Shown here piece by piece: positions 1 through 34,427 of a DNA stretch of 64,000 bases. Within the stretch, counting starts at the first letter, position 1. Each line of letters begins with the position of its first letter. The translations under genes were made by a program, and so were the position numbers. The DNA lies in the NCBI GenBank assembly GCA_965285935.1, contig OZ260663.1:73842001-73906000 (forward strand), in the 5' to 3' direction. This DNA is from Ophelia neglecta. Its lineage: Eukaryota. The notes under the pieces are model-generated. The model did not search any database and was not told the origin of the DNA. It worked only from the letters and a program-made list of their open reading frames with translations.

Positions 1-3000
1 CACTTGCGCGGGTCACTATACATGTCATGAGGGAAGCAGAATCTGCTTCACTGGCTGGACCAACGAAAGCAATGAATGTCGGGATAGGGTTTTTTCAGGT
101 CAAATCGACCCTGAGTGCCCGCTAGGTGAGACATGTAGAAACGGGGGCACCTGCTTCAATGGGACATGCTGTTGTTATCCAGGCTATACTGGGTCTACTT
201 GTCAGGTAGTAAGGAATATGTGTCTCCCTAACCCTTGTCAACATAGCTCAGCTTGTATAACAGGTATCGGTACATACGGATGTGTCTGCAAGCCGGGCAC
301 ATGGGGCATACATTGTGAAAATGTAAACTTTACCACGATGGCCCCTGTATCTACAACAGAGGAGCCTCGAGCCGATTGCACTGGGACAACCAACAGCTGC
401 GAGGGTCACTATACTTGTGTGGACATAGTTAACGGTGTTGGAACCAGGAGATGCTGGTTTGGCTGGACCGGCTACCTCTGTACAAACCCCACTCAGGCCT
501 CTCAGCCAGCCGTGGGTGGGTGGTCCCAGTGCCCCGGAGGTATCATACAAGCCTGCCGAAACGGGGGCACCTGCTTCAATAACCAGTGCTGCTGTCCCCC
601 GGGTTGGGGTAACCCGAGATGTGAAAGCAGGTTTCATCCCTGCAACAGCAACCCTTGTCATAATGGAGGTACCTGTACCAAATACGTGGAGAACAACGTA
701 GATAAATATTTATGTGCTTGTCTTCCGGGTATGTATAGAAATATATATTATAGGTCCATATAGTAGAACTCAATTTTTACATTTGGCATTAAAACTGTAG
801 ATATTGTTTGCCCTCTTTGATAATGGGTAACATTATTTCAGTATGTACTGCGTTTTGTTTTCCCCTCTAGATTTATAAACTTACAATTGGCTTTTCCCTC
901 TTACGCTTCATTACCATTAACTCTTCAACGCATGTAAATTTTAAATCATTCATGAAGTTAATATTTCTTTGCTCTGACATGAGAACAGCTAAGTCTGCTT
1001 TGCAATCCCATTAAAGTGTTCTGGTATTATTTTGCACAAGCTCCATATAAAGAAAGTAAGAATCCGGTATTGATAAACGAAATTAGAATGTTAGAAAGTT
1101 GGAATGATGCACTAATTTTTTCATAATTCCCGACCACTTTGAATTACAATGTAAAAATACGGAAATAATCTTATTTGCCAACCACCACATTATAGCCAAT
1201 ACCTGACTTGATTGCAAATGTGATCTGTAAACTGTAAACAGTTATAACTTTGTGCTGGCAGCTCCAGACCTCACATGTAAGCTGATTGCAGTACGTGGCC
1301 TGCTATGCCCCATGTATTTTGCAGGCCACTGAGCCATCCTTTGTAAGTCACTCACCGTTGCAGTTCACACCCATTATGGTGCACGATTTTCATTCAACAG
1401 CAATACAAGTTGACCCCCATTCGACACCATGAACCATGACCATAATGTTTAAGCATTATTTCTATACCAGCTTTACAGTTGCCTTCTTATAGTACATCTA
1501 TTGGGCTTATGCAAAGTGTTCATTGTTTTACTTGCATACATATATACCTGAATACTTTGTCGACCTGTAGTTAAAGCATGAATACTTTGATGGCGTGTAT
1601 TGACTTTAAGCATTCTGACAAGTAGACGTATACAATTTTACTTCGATTTTATCTCAGCAACTGAGCAACGTTATGCCACTAAATATTGTTTTTATCCAAA
1701 CTTTTAAGGTTCGATAATTTCGCTTTGATTTCTATCGATACCCAGGATAGGAACTGTTTCGTTATTCTGTCTTTAGTTATATTTAGGTATGAGAAAAAGG
1801 TTAAGGGTCGGAATCCTATGAACAGTAGTAATGGTCGTGTCGTTATGTATTATGAACTTCCTGTCTACTATAACAATATACACTTGAATTATTACATAGA
1901 TACCTCTGGAGAACACTGCGAAAACGCTCTTTCCAGTCCTGCTCCTACAAAAAAGAAAGATTCCCCTGATGGTACCCCAGCGTCACCGAACAACGTAGAC
2001 CCGTGCGCTAGCACACCTTGTCAGAATGGGGCTTTGTGTAGCACCATAGCCATCAAACCATACTACTTATGTACTTGTAAACAGGGTATGTTTTACACTA
2101 GATGTGCAATTCAGATAGAGCTAGTCATTAAAACACACTTTACAATTAGCTAGTATCTACCTGGGTGCTTTGTTAGGTTTTCTCCTCTGTTGATCCTTTT
2201 TAGGAACCTATGTGTATATTAGTCTAGAATGAATGGTTTGATAAATGAGAGATTGTAGACAACTTCACGTAGTAAAACAAAGTCACTCCCTAAAGTTTTT
2301 ACCTTTTAATGACATGAACTTATAGATGCCACGATGATATTCTCTAGATGTCCTTTCTGTCGGATTTATTCACTGGTTAACGCTCTATCGTGGTCATATT
2401 TTGCCGACTGCTACACCTTCGTTGTTTTTATCGTAGACTTTCTAACACAATTTCGTGGTCTTGAATTTTAAAAGGTGCTCATTGTCTTTCGCAATCACAT
2501 ATGTTGGTGTTTTAAATATAAGACAATTAATGTTGTTTGCTCACTGTTATTCTCAAGAAGATTGCTATATCTGAATTTGCTGCTGAAATGTCAGCTACGT
2601 ACTGCGTTGTGCAAATTATTTTCAATTATTATAACTGTAGCGTGTTTAATGCTAGCCTCAACAAAATGTAATACACATTAGTTAGTATACATTTGCCTCA
2701 TTTACTGGTGAGATATATTTATAGCAGATTAGCCGTTTTATTTCTAGTTTATTGAATCTGATCTTTTCCATCTCGGACCTTGCGTTCTGTGTCTTGCCTC
2801 ATATACACTGTCATATACACACCCTTTATAGTTTATCATTATCACGCCATCGCAATATATTAGGTCGTTTAAAGTCGTATTACTTTTGTTGGCCTCTTGA
2901 TCTTTAGGTTTAGAAAATATACCAGAAGGTGGAACTAAGAAGGCACCAAGACTACTTTACTAATATTAATATCTTTTTTAAAGATGGAGCAAGCAACCTT

Positions 3001-4739
3001 AACCAGTCGAAGACACTAATGCTACTTTTGCTTATTCCCATATATTCGCTTCCGCTCATGTGATATGTTCATCAGATGACCGTACACTCTTCAGTGACAA
3101 CCAGGACAACCATACATATAGCACGAAATAGCTAAAGCAGCGTGATTGCACATCATGCTTGGTAAGATTTTAGCTTTCAGATTCATGTGCTGGACAACTA
3201 ATCATAACCATTCAAACTGGCTTCCGTTATGGAGGTCAGTTACTGTGGCTTTGAGTGAAAAGCTACGAGAGAAAATAATATGCGAATTGCAGAGAAGTTT
3301 CCCTTACTACAGTAGTAGCTGCAGCATCGGTTGTAACCACAACCGCAAAAATTCCACATGAAAAATGGAAGCCGCGACACTTGTAACATGAGTCAACATT
3401 AATGTGATTACAACAGCATCAACTGAATGGTAAACGTATAATAACTAACTACGTAAAAATGAATTCCTGATAGTCGTCTGCAATATGTTTGTTGTGAATT
3501 GATTGACATATAAATACATGTGCATAGAAAATGCATAGGCTGTTTGTCTTTGTATGACAACACAAAACAGATAATGATTATCTTTCTATGTGTATTATTA
3601 TTATATGCATATATATATTTATATCTGTCTTTAAAGCCAAACCTGCATAAAGATAGTTTAACCCATAGCTTGAATTGTTCCAAGTCTGGGTAAAAGTAAA
3701 ACAGTATTAACTTATTTACCTACGATATTGCTCATAATGAACATTGTATTATTTTTTATTTATACAAAATCTAACGTATAATAACAATAGTAGAATTTTC
3801 TATAATACTTTACTGATTTATTGCCTTTCCCTCTTATTGAATCGTTTGCTTGCGTCATAGGTATGAAAATATATGTTGCTGATTATGGTGCTTCGTATCT
3901 TATTCTCATAAACTTTGTGAAATATATACATGTATCTTGCACTTGTTTTGCCTGAATTTTTCCACCCGAATATGCAAAAATATGTTATAATCCTTTTGTT
4001 GTGCGTTTTTTTTTATGCGTTACTTTTTTTCTGTTTGACATGAATTTCCGTGACTCAACTCATCTCCTCATCATGTGCTTTTTGTCTTTTCCCTTAATTG
4101 TGAATGTATGTTGAATAATGTTGCATTCGCGTAGGGAACACAAATGGTTGGTCGAGACGTTATATACAGCGAGGTAAGGCCCGATGCGCTCGAAAAGACG
4201 TGTCATTGGGAGAGTGTGGTCAAGTATATGGACATGGCAACCGTAGCACTGACCATTATTTAATCAAAAAGTCGCCTAACACTTTAGCCGGATATCTAAC
4301 TTAGGAGAATCAAAACTGACGAAACACTATTTCATCACCCCAGGGAAACGCATTAATGATCATATCAACCTAACACGTTTGATCAGTGATGCCGCTCGTT
4401 GGTGTGATTCTGGTAAGGAAGATTGCCTGGTGCGGAAATTGTGTATAAACATAGTGTGTATGTTATGTTTATTTTCTCTCCCCTTTAGGTTTTACTGGCG
4501 TTAATTGCCAGGATGGCGGTTCCACCCCTCGACCACCGAGCACAACTACACCAACCACTCCGGCACCAGACCTGATTACCCTCATCACCCAAATTTACGG
4601 CAGTCTGGGCCAACAGCCCGACCAAAACAAAGTGGAACAATGTCTCGCTCACATCCTCCAAAACCTCCTCCTGTTGCAGAAAGCGGAAGCCCTGGATATG
4701 TACGACAGCAACAGTATGATTGGCACAGGCCTATTCTAA
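1..4739 (+). CDS. 3' part of a DSL-like/EGF multi-repeat protein (Delta-like family); coding exons <1-728, 1900-2085, 4489-4739 (TAA)
   Basis: Frame open from base 2. Two copies of the module CxGHYTC...GxRxC..GWT...C + CRNGGTCFN..CCCxPG...C + CxxNPC EGF. Phase-1 GT-AG introns join CLP-D-TSGEHC and CKQ-G-FTGVNC. Pro/Thr-rich last exon, no hydrophobic anchor. Confidence 0.85.
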
Positions 4740-7700
4740 GTCCTGGTTTCTAGGATAGTGACAAGCTTTATCAAACCAGGGAAATGTTATCTTACTAGTT
4801 ACATTGTATGATGCACATATTGACGATTCGGTTAAGAACAAAAAGATACACCTATTTCCTAATCTGAACGTGTTTTTATGAACAAGCGTGATTGTAATCC
4901 AAGCGGATTGTAGAATATTGAGATCATTTGATTGAATACATATTTATATAAAAAGGTTATTAGATAGTCTATCTACTCGACTTGGACTCTGTGCAATGGT
5001 AGACGTACAATGCCTCTTTGATATTGTATGCAGATTTTTAAAAGTTAGCTGCCATATATTACAATTTATATGTAAATTATATATATATATTGATATCTTA
5101 ATCTTATAAATAGCTTATATTGTTTGATTCACATTAAAGATGGTTTTACTCATACAAACATGTATAAAGTTAAGTAGTATGTAGTATGTGTTAGGTTGTG
5201 ACTAATAGGTTTAGTTTTTATCGTAACTGTCAATTAATGTTACGTTTTCTACTCATACATATTTATATTAGATTTCATATGAAGATTTTGTAGCATAATA
5301 CCTACTCTTATCAAATTCCACATTCACACCTGATTCATATTGAGGCCTTGATTGTTGCGTCTCTTTAATCAATTTTTAATCAAAAAATACAAGATGAAAC
5401 CCCATCACGACGGTAACATGTAACAGCAATAAATTTGCTACAGGAAAGTGTGCTTTTTTATTTTAGTTATTGACCATTGACGTAAATTTCAAAGTTTAAG
5501 GTACAACTTGGTCGTTTGATTAAGTTACAAGATTGTATCTCAATTCAAGAAAATCTTTGACTGAATTAAAAGTATGAACTTATACATGTTTCTGTCCTAA
5601 TTCTCGCTTGTAAAATACCTGCGATTGAAAGCACGGCTAAAAGTTATTGACACGCCCCCTAAAACTTTCATTATGCTGGTAGCGAAATGTAAACAAAAAA
5701 ACGATATCACCTTCATTAAGAAGTAGTCAAGAGTTTTCAAAAATGCGAGTCAGATTTCAAAACTAACAAGTCAATGATCAGCTCAAGACCGAGATGAAAT
5801 ATTCCCTAGAAGGGTCTATGTAGGCCTCGTATCGTTATAATGTTGAGTAGTAAATTATAAACTGCTATGTTCAATGCATGGTGTATACGAGTTGTAAGAA
5901 ATAGATTAAATATACTTTGATACAAAGAGTTTGTACTAATATATCCTGATATTGCGGCGACTTAAACCACTATGATATTTGATACCGAAATGTTTACAAT
6001 ACATTTGGTTCAGAAAGATAAAACACCACAATACAATAACTTGATTGACATTTTGTAAGAACGGTTTTAAACCATTGGTATATATTCAAAAAAGGAAACT
6101 AAATGAACATTAATGGTTATGAGAAACAAGAACTATAGGTTTACTTGACTGTAAATTAAGTTTGTAAGAATGTTATAGCGATAGATATAATAAATTCATG
6201 TAGCAGTTAAAGGTTTCGACTTGCATTAGTGTAGCAACGGGTAAACCAATGACCATTTACATTATACCGTAAAACAAACCTGACATGATTTAACAGAATT
6301 CATTAAGTATCCGTTAATGTTTCGCATTAACGTTATTTCTGGCAATTTTTTGTTTAGGGTTAAATTTTATCGTAAAATACACAGATACGGAAATAGATGT
6401 AGGTATAAGTCCAGGATAATGGAGATATTAGCTCATAGATTATACGTCCTTCTTGCGAGTTTTTTTTGGGTTTGGTTTTTGTAACAACTTTGGTAGGAAG
6501 GCACATACTATTGTCTAGAAGTGACCTGACAAAAGTCCCATGTCCCATCTGAAGTGCATTTGCTGACAAGAGAGTTTGCAGCGAGTCGACCAGTTAGACT
6601 TTTTAAACAAGACTTTTTATGTCGTAGTTTACACATCACTGATGAATCGAGCATATGGCGTTTCTGTTACATGTAAAGTGAAAAAATCATGCCTTATTTC
6701 CTAACCATTACTAAATCGTATGACTTCGTTTTGGGCTACATGTATCATCCGTCTAGGTCTGGTTCATGATGTTTTCGCACCGATTGAATGAACTTTTTTA
6801 TTAACGATTTTCTATGGCCGGGTATCATATGGCGTATTTTTATCATCACAGTTAAACGAATAGTTGGTGTAATAAGCAAAATGGGGTTTTCAAACGGTGG
6901 CTCTTGTATGTAAGCTTAACACCTGTATTGATAACAAACATCATCAAACATTATGTTATCTTAAAGGCTGGCATGCAAATTTTAAATAAGGGCGTTACGG
7001 CAATAAGTGTGTGATTGTCTGCTTAGTTAGGCTATCCCGCCTGGCTAACAGTATAACCTTGGCAACCAATGGTCATCACATAAACACTGCTCGCACATTC
7101 CACACAAGGACATGGAGTAGGTTTGTTATCAACTTGATCAAGATGATCACTGCCACAGTAATATAGTACAGTTTTCCCATAGATATAAACTGTATTGTGA
7201 TGAAACAGCTAACTATCCTTGACATCGGTGAACAATATATTAGTAATATACTGGTATATGACTTTAATTGAAATTTAGGAATAAATTGATAAATAAACAA
7301 GACTACTGAAGGCAGGCACTAAAAGGCTGTCCATCAGCAGATAGTGGAATACAAAAATATTCAAATAGTGGAGAGTTGCCGATGTTTGACATGGTTTCAA
7401 AAACTCTCACATAAATGACTAAAGTATAGGTTGTAGCCACACCAGAAAAGTACATGCACAATATGACAGGAACTGTTTGTGATTACCAACCAATAACAAA
7501 GTGTCCGAAGACACTTTCTGGAGTCGGAATGGATATTAGATGGTAGTATGATTATCAGCTCTATTTTCATCTGCACTGAATGTCTACGGGAACCAGGATT
7601 ATACTGGGACCTGCTGGTATAGTTGTCATTGTTAGTGATATAAATAACAATAATTTGATCCACACATTCCTCTTTTAGTTGATTAGGGTACAAGACTGGT

Positions 7701-8224
7701 GACAATAACAATCTACATACATCTGACAGATAACATTATAGTGCCTTCTCTTAAGGAAATGAGATATATAATATCAATGTCGTATCTGAATTTTTTATCA
7801 CCATAATCCTGTATCATTTAGTTAAAAGGGATGGCTAGCCAGTCTTCCCAACCATTCGTCCCCCTAGGAGCTTACCGCCATAGATCTAACGCCAAAGAAA
7901 TTTACATCCTTCAAAGTGGCCATGGAGTATTGTGATTTGAAGCTCATCAATGATACTCCCATTCTTTTTCTCCTTAAAGTTCACCCCAAATATTTGATAA
8001 ACCAGGGAGACATTTATCTGTGACAATTGTCAATCAATAGATGGAAATGCATGACTGTGTATTAGAGTGTCAAAAATTCAGAAAGAAACCATTTAGAAAA
8101 GTTTCACCAACATGTATGGGACATTTGTGAAGAGCATATTGGAATTTGAGATTCATCAAATTCAACTGCATGTCAAAGCAGACTATTCATTGACGTTGGT
8201 GAAGCGCAAAGTGGAATGGTCATT

Positions 8225-8480
8225 TAACATGATATGGAAAAAAACTGAGTGTCCTTATTGTTTATGTCGACCATGCGTCACTGATGAAGAGAACAGGCAG
8301 GTGTGGTAAACGAATTGGAAAATGCCTTTTTTAGACGTGTGTTTAAGGGTCCTAGATACATTGCTAGGACAGATCAGGCCGTTGGGGCAGATCCTGCCAA
8401 AACAAGTTTTTATGGTTGTACAAGAAGGCTCTGTTGTCTAACTGTGTTTTGAAAAGTGTGAGGGCTGAGTAGCCTATACA
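8225..8480 (+). pseudogene. Decayed Cys-rich coding remnant resembling P2X7-cytoplasmic-like proteins carried by some DNA transposons
   Basis: Fragments ECPYCLCRPCVTDEENRQVW*, GPRYIAR and NCVLKSVR lie in different frames with stops. Family assignment is from recalled motif order only. Confidence 0.3.
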
Positions 8481-10120
8481 TATACACAATATCATTTAGT
8501 ATAAAATGATATCAGTATGCACGTGCATATCGTATTATGTGTATACCTCTGCAGACTAGCATTTACATACAATTGGGTATAGTATAGGAAAACCGTGCTA
8601 AAATGAAAAACGAGAATTAAGCCACATAGTAACCAATCCGTAGGCAACAAACTCAAGTTTAGCATGTTGCGATTTTTCCGCGACGTCTTATTCGCATCAT
8701 TCGGGTATTCGAAGATGTGTATGGTACAGGCTGTATCATCTTCTTGCATGATGATATATGTTACTACTTGCCGAGTAAGGTACCCACTCCAATTTTTTTG
8801 TATATTCTGCATCTTCTTGAGCAACGACATGCTTTGTCAGCCGAGTATCCACACCCGTTTTCTGAAATAGTTTCGGTAATAATTATTAGGTATTAGCATT
8901 GACCTTTTTTTCCAAATAAATATGAAATTTCGTAGCTATTAAAAGCTGGATCATTGTTGGGGTTTTGTGATACTTATTGAGGACTTATGGCTGCCATGTT
9001 CAACTATTTGATCCGTTGTCGGCAGTTTACAGATCATTGCCTACATTTGAAGGGCCATTTTCAAACATTGTTATAAACATAGAGAGCATTCAGGCGGCTA
9101 GCAAATTAAAGTTTGTTCGGCCAGCCTCTGGAATGGACGGGACCAGTTTTTATGTCTGCCCAACGAATGTCGTTAATTTCATGTCGGTAATACGATAAGT
9201 CGTGTGATTTTAGAGTTTCGAAATCAATCTAAATGAAGCACTTAGCTGGATTAGTATTAAAACCTTTCCCAACGACTCTTGACAAAAATCAACCTTACCA
9301 ATGGCATCCCCTTTTTGATGAACTCAATATACAGTTACGTCTACAATGAACTTATACTGTGACTCCTTCCAAGCTATTTCCGGTTTGGGCCAGTCGGAAA
9401 ACGTTCAGGGCAGCCTAGGGTACCTGCCAACCATGTTTCATAATTTCATCACAAATTACACGATTCGTCTGTTGTTTGGGCGCCCCCGCCCCCACCCCCT
9501 TTACTATCAGCTCAATTTATCAGTTTTCAAAGTGTACCAATAACTTAATGATATACATGAATATGATATTGAATTGAACGGCTATGTGACAGTCAGGTAC
9601 GCAGTTTCCATTAACGAAGTTGTTCATGTGGTTGACCAACCATCTCAAGTAGAAAAACTTAAGAGCAAAGGCTTGCAAATGCTTGCCGATGTAACTAAGA
9701 ATATCTAACTATTTAATGATCAAACAAACTCGGATACTATTTCGAATATCTAATCCATTAACTTCAAATTCTAGTATATATCATGCGTATTGGGAGTGGT
9801 CCTGCAGTTGCATAGATCATAGTCAGTAAGACAATAAAAGGGGTGGTATTTCATTGTCATTTTTAATGTTCACATTCTCGTACAATTAAGTATAATTTCC
9901 CAGTATCCCCTTACGATGTTTGCATGTTTCTTAATGTGTGTTTACCTCGATTGGAGGACTTCTGTCAGACAATGTAGGACAGAACATGGACATAAACTGT
10001 GATATATGGTATCTTATAGTGAAATGCTTAAGGATGAAAACAATCCACCTCACCACTTCAGCCTAGCACTGATCTGTTATCAGTCCTCGTTATAACGGGG
10101 TCCGATGCCCACAGAACAAA

Positions 10121-31955
<21,835 letters not shown>

Positions 31956-32457
31956 AGTCAGACAGGGCTGACTGCGCGACTCAATCCGACTTATGAATTT
32001 GGATAACCTCAAAAAAGGCAAACTTAACTATTTAACCATATAAAATTTGTTTTATAATTTGCGATTATTGCTATTAGTCACATGTATATGGCTATGTTGG
32101 ATTAAGTAACTGTTTATAACTAGTATATCTGTATATCTGTGTATAAAACGGGTGATATATTAAACATTTGGTCAAGTATTGATGTTAACCCTTCCCATGA
32201 AAAAAAAAACTCCTACATATCACAAGTGTAGCTTCGTTATATTGACTGTTGCTCAGCTCTTATAATTTGATCTATCGCTTTGTCAAGCAGTTAAAGGCTT
32301 AAGCTTAATTCACTTTCATTCGCATATTGTGTTATATTTATATTTTTACAGTCCGCCTACATTGTATGCATCGCTAAATTATTATATGGAACAGGATTTT
32401 ACAATTAACTTTTTATTAAAACCTTTCATTTTTTTGCGCTTATTAACTCATAACTCT

Positions 32458-32463
32458 AATAAA
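32458..32463 (+). terminator. Candidate polyadenylation signal of gene A
   Basis: AATAAA about 500 nt after the stop codon. Confidence 0.45.
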
Positions 32464-32991
32464 GTATGTTCACATGTTACTTGAAGCGTACTTGTATTAA
32501 CCTTTATTACCTTTTAATATATTATGTGTATAATTGTGAGCAGTGTCTTTATACAATTATGAAAAGTCAATTTCAAGGCAATGGAAATATTAAATATCAA
32601 AAGGTTTACGCTTAGTGGGAAAAGTTTTGCAATAGAAATTGTTAGTGTAATGGATTCGGCACCATTTATGAACGGAGTTCCAGATTCATAAAAAAAAACC
32701 AGCAACGGAATCAATGTAGTCATCTCATGGTGTGTGCATTTTCGTTTCATTGTAACGAACTATTGCGTAAACATCTGGTTTGTTCTTTTCACCGTACAAT
32801 AATAAGATTAAAAATCAATGGATTATATGATTTTACGTTTTGCTTAATAAAAATCAAACCAAAAACTATGGCTTAAATTTTTATCATATTTATAATACCG
32901 TGGTAGATATTAATTTCAGTAAAATGAATAAGCATCTAACATACGTTGCTTAAAATTCTGATGACAATTAAATATATATGTCATCTACATA

Positions 32992-33169
32992 CAGTGAAAC
33001 CTGTGAATTGAGACCACCTGAGGGACTGGAAAATACTGGTCTGATTATAGAGGCGGTCTGTTTAGCCAGGTTATTTTACATTGACAGTATGCAGGATGTT
33101 CTTCAAATAAGTGGTCTTAATTTCCAGGTGGTCTGAGTACAGAGGTGGTCTTTAAGACAGGTTTCACTG
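32992..33169. mobile_element. Tc1/mariner-type MITE (TA target duplication)
   Basis: ta|CAGTGAAACCTGT ... ACAGGTTTCACTG|ta, with internal GACCACCT/AGGTGGTC subterminal repeats. Confidence 0.9.
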
Positions 33170-33296
33170 TACATGTAGTATATGACAAATTAACATGTCT
33201 CTCTTCTAACGCTCGGGGCCCTATACACAAATAAGCATGCACCGATGTTTTGGAAACAACTACAACAAGACCTTGCCAAAATGCAATAACATGCTA

Positions 33297-33360
33297 CAGT
33301 GAAACCTGTCTAATCAGGTCATTCAAGGGACTAAAAATAACTGACCACAAGCAGTAGATG
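33297..33360. mobile_element. Truncated copy of the same MITE family (one TIR)
   Basis: ta|CAGTGAAACCTGTC...AAGGGACT..AAATA.CTG matches the end of the 32992 element. Confidence 0.7.
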
Positions 33361-34427
33361 GGACGTTCGAATCTGAACCACCACGATAATTGAAATACGA
33401 CTGGTAAAAAAACAAGTGATATACTGAAACGTTCGTTCTGTCTTGTCTCACTCAGTATACAAAACGAAAGTGGAGACACATTTTAATTATGGTAATAGCA
33501 CAGGAATGTTCGCATCGGCAGCAAAAAAATACGACGTCCATGTTTAATATGGAATGTCCAAGTAAAATATAAACGACAAAATATAGGGCCTATACTCTTA
33601 ATTCGTGTTTATTTCGACGGTAGGTTAGTAAAGTGCAGTTAAAGCTTCAATTGCTTCAATTACTAAATCGATCTTTGTACATGATGGGTAATGTCCGCCA
33701 CGTTTATGCCATGAAGATGCAGAGATTGGAATCCTTTTTTTTACTTTGGCGACGAATTTACGTAGGCCTATACCTTATCAAATTTGCTTCCAGCCAACTT
33801 TAGTTCGAGTGGGAAATTTGTTGTAAGTAACAAGTCAGTGGTTTAAAAAAGATTTGACGCAATGCACGTAAGCGAGAACTGGTTATTGATTTCTTTAACT
33901 TGACCTGATTAAGATTTGAGTGATTATCCTATACTTGCTGTTTTCATTCATAGCCCTTTTAATGGCGGATCCATTATTTCAGGAAGGGGGGGTGGGGGCA
34001 AATTTTCCAAGGCTAACAAATAACGTTAGCTTTGCTTACAGGGAGCATGGTCACGCCTAGACAGCATAGTAAATATGTAAAACCAATATATCACCATTAG
34101 TATGAAGGATAAAATACTCTTTATTGCTTATGAAACAATGCATTTTCTTCATTTTGCTCTAAGACACACGGCTACAAAAATTATCATAATATTTAGGTCA
34201 TAATCAATTAACCAAACATATGTATGAGCATAATGTATTACAAAATGCATTGCACTTCAGTTTAAGAGTGCAATGCTCGCGGATGAACAGTGTGATACTA
34301 CCTATGGTTGGACTATATTATGCATCATTATTCACTGACCATGCAGATGATTGGATACAAATTGACCTGATTTACTATAAAAGGCCACGTCAATAATTTC
34401 TGTTTTATTTTCAATGCCCGCGTATAT

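Noticed and set aside
4505-4753. 82-aa Pro/His-rich ORF
   Set aside because: Off-frame reading of the terminal EGF-gene exon; splice phase selects the GFTGVNC frame ending at 4739.
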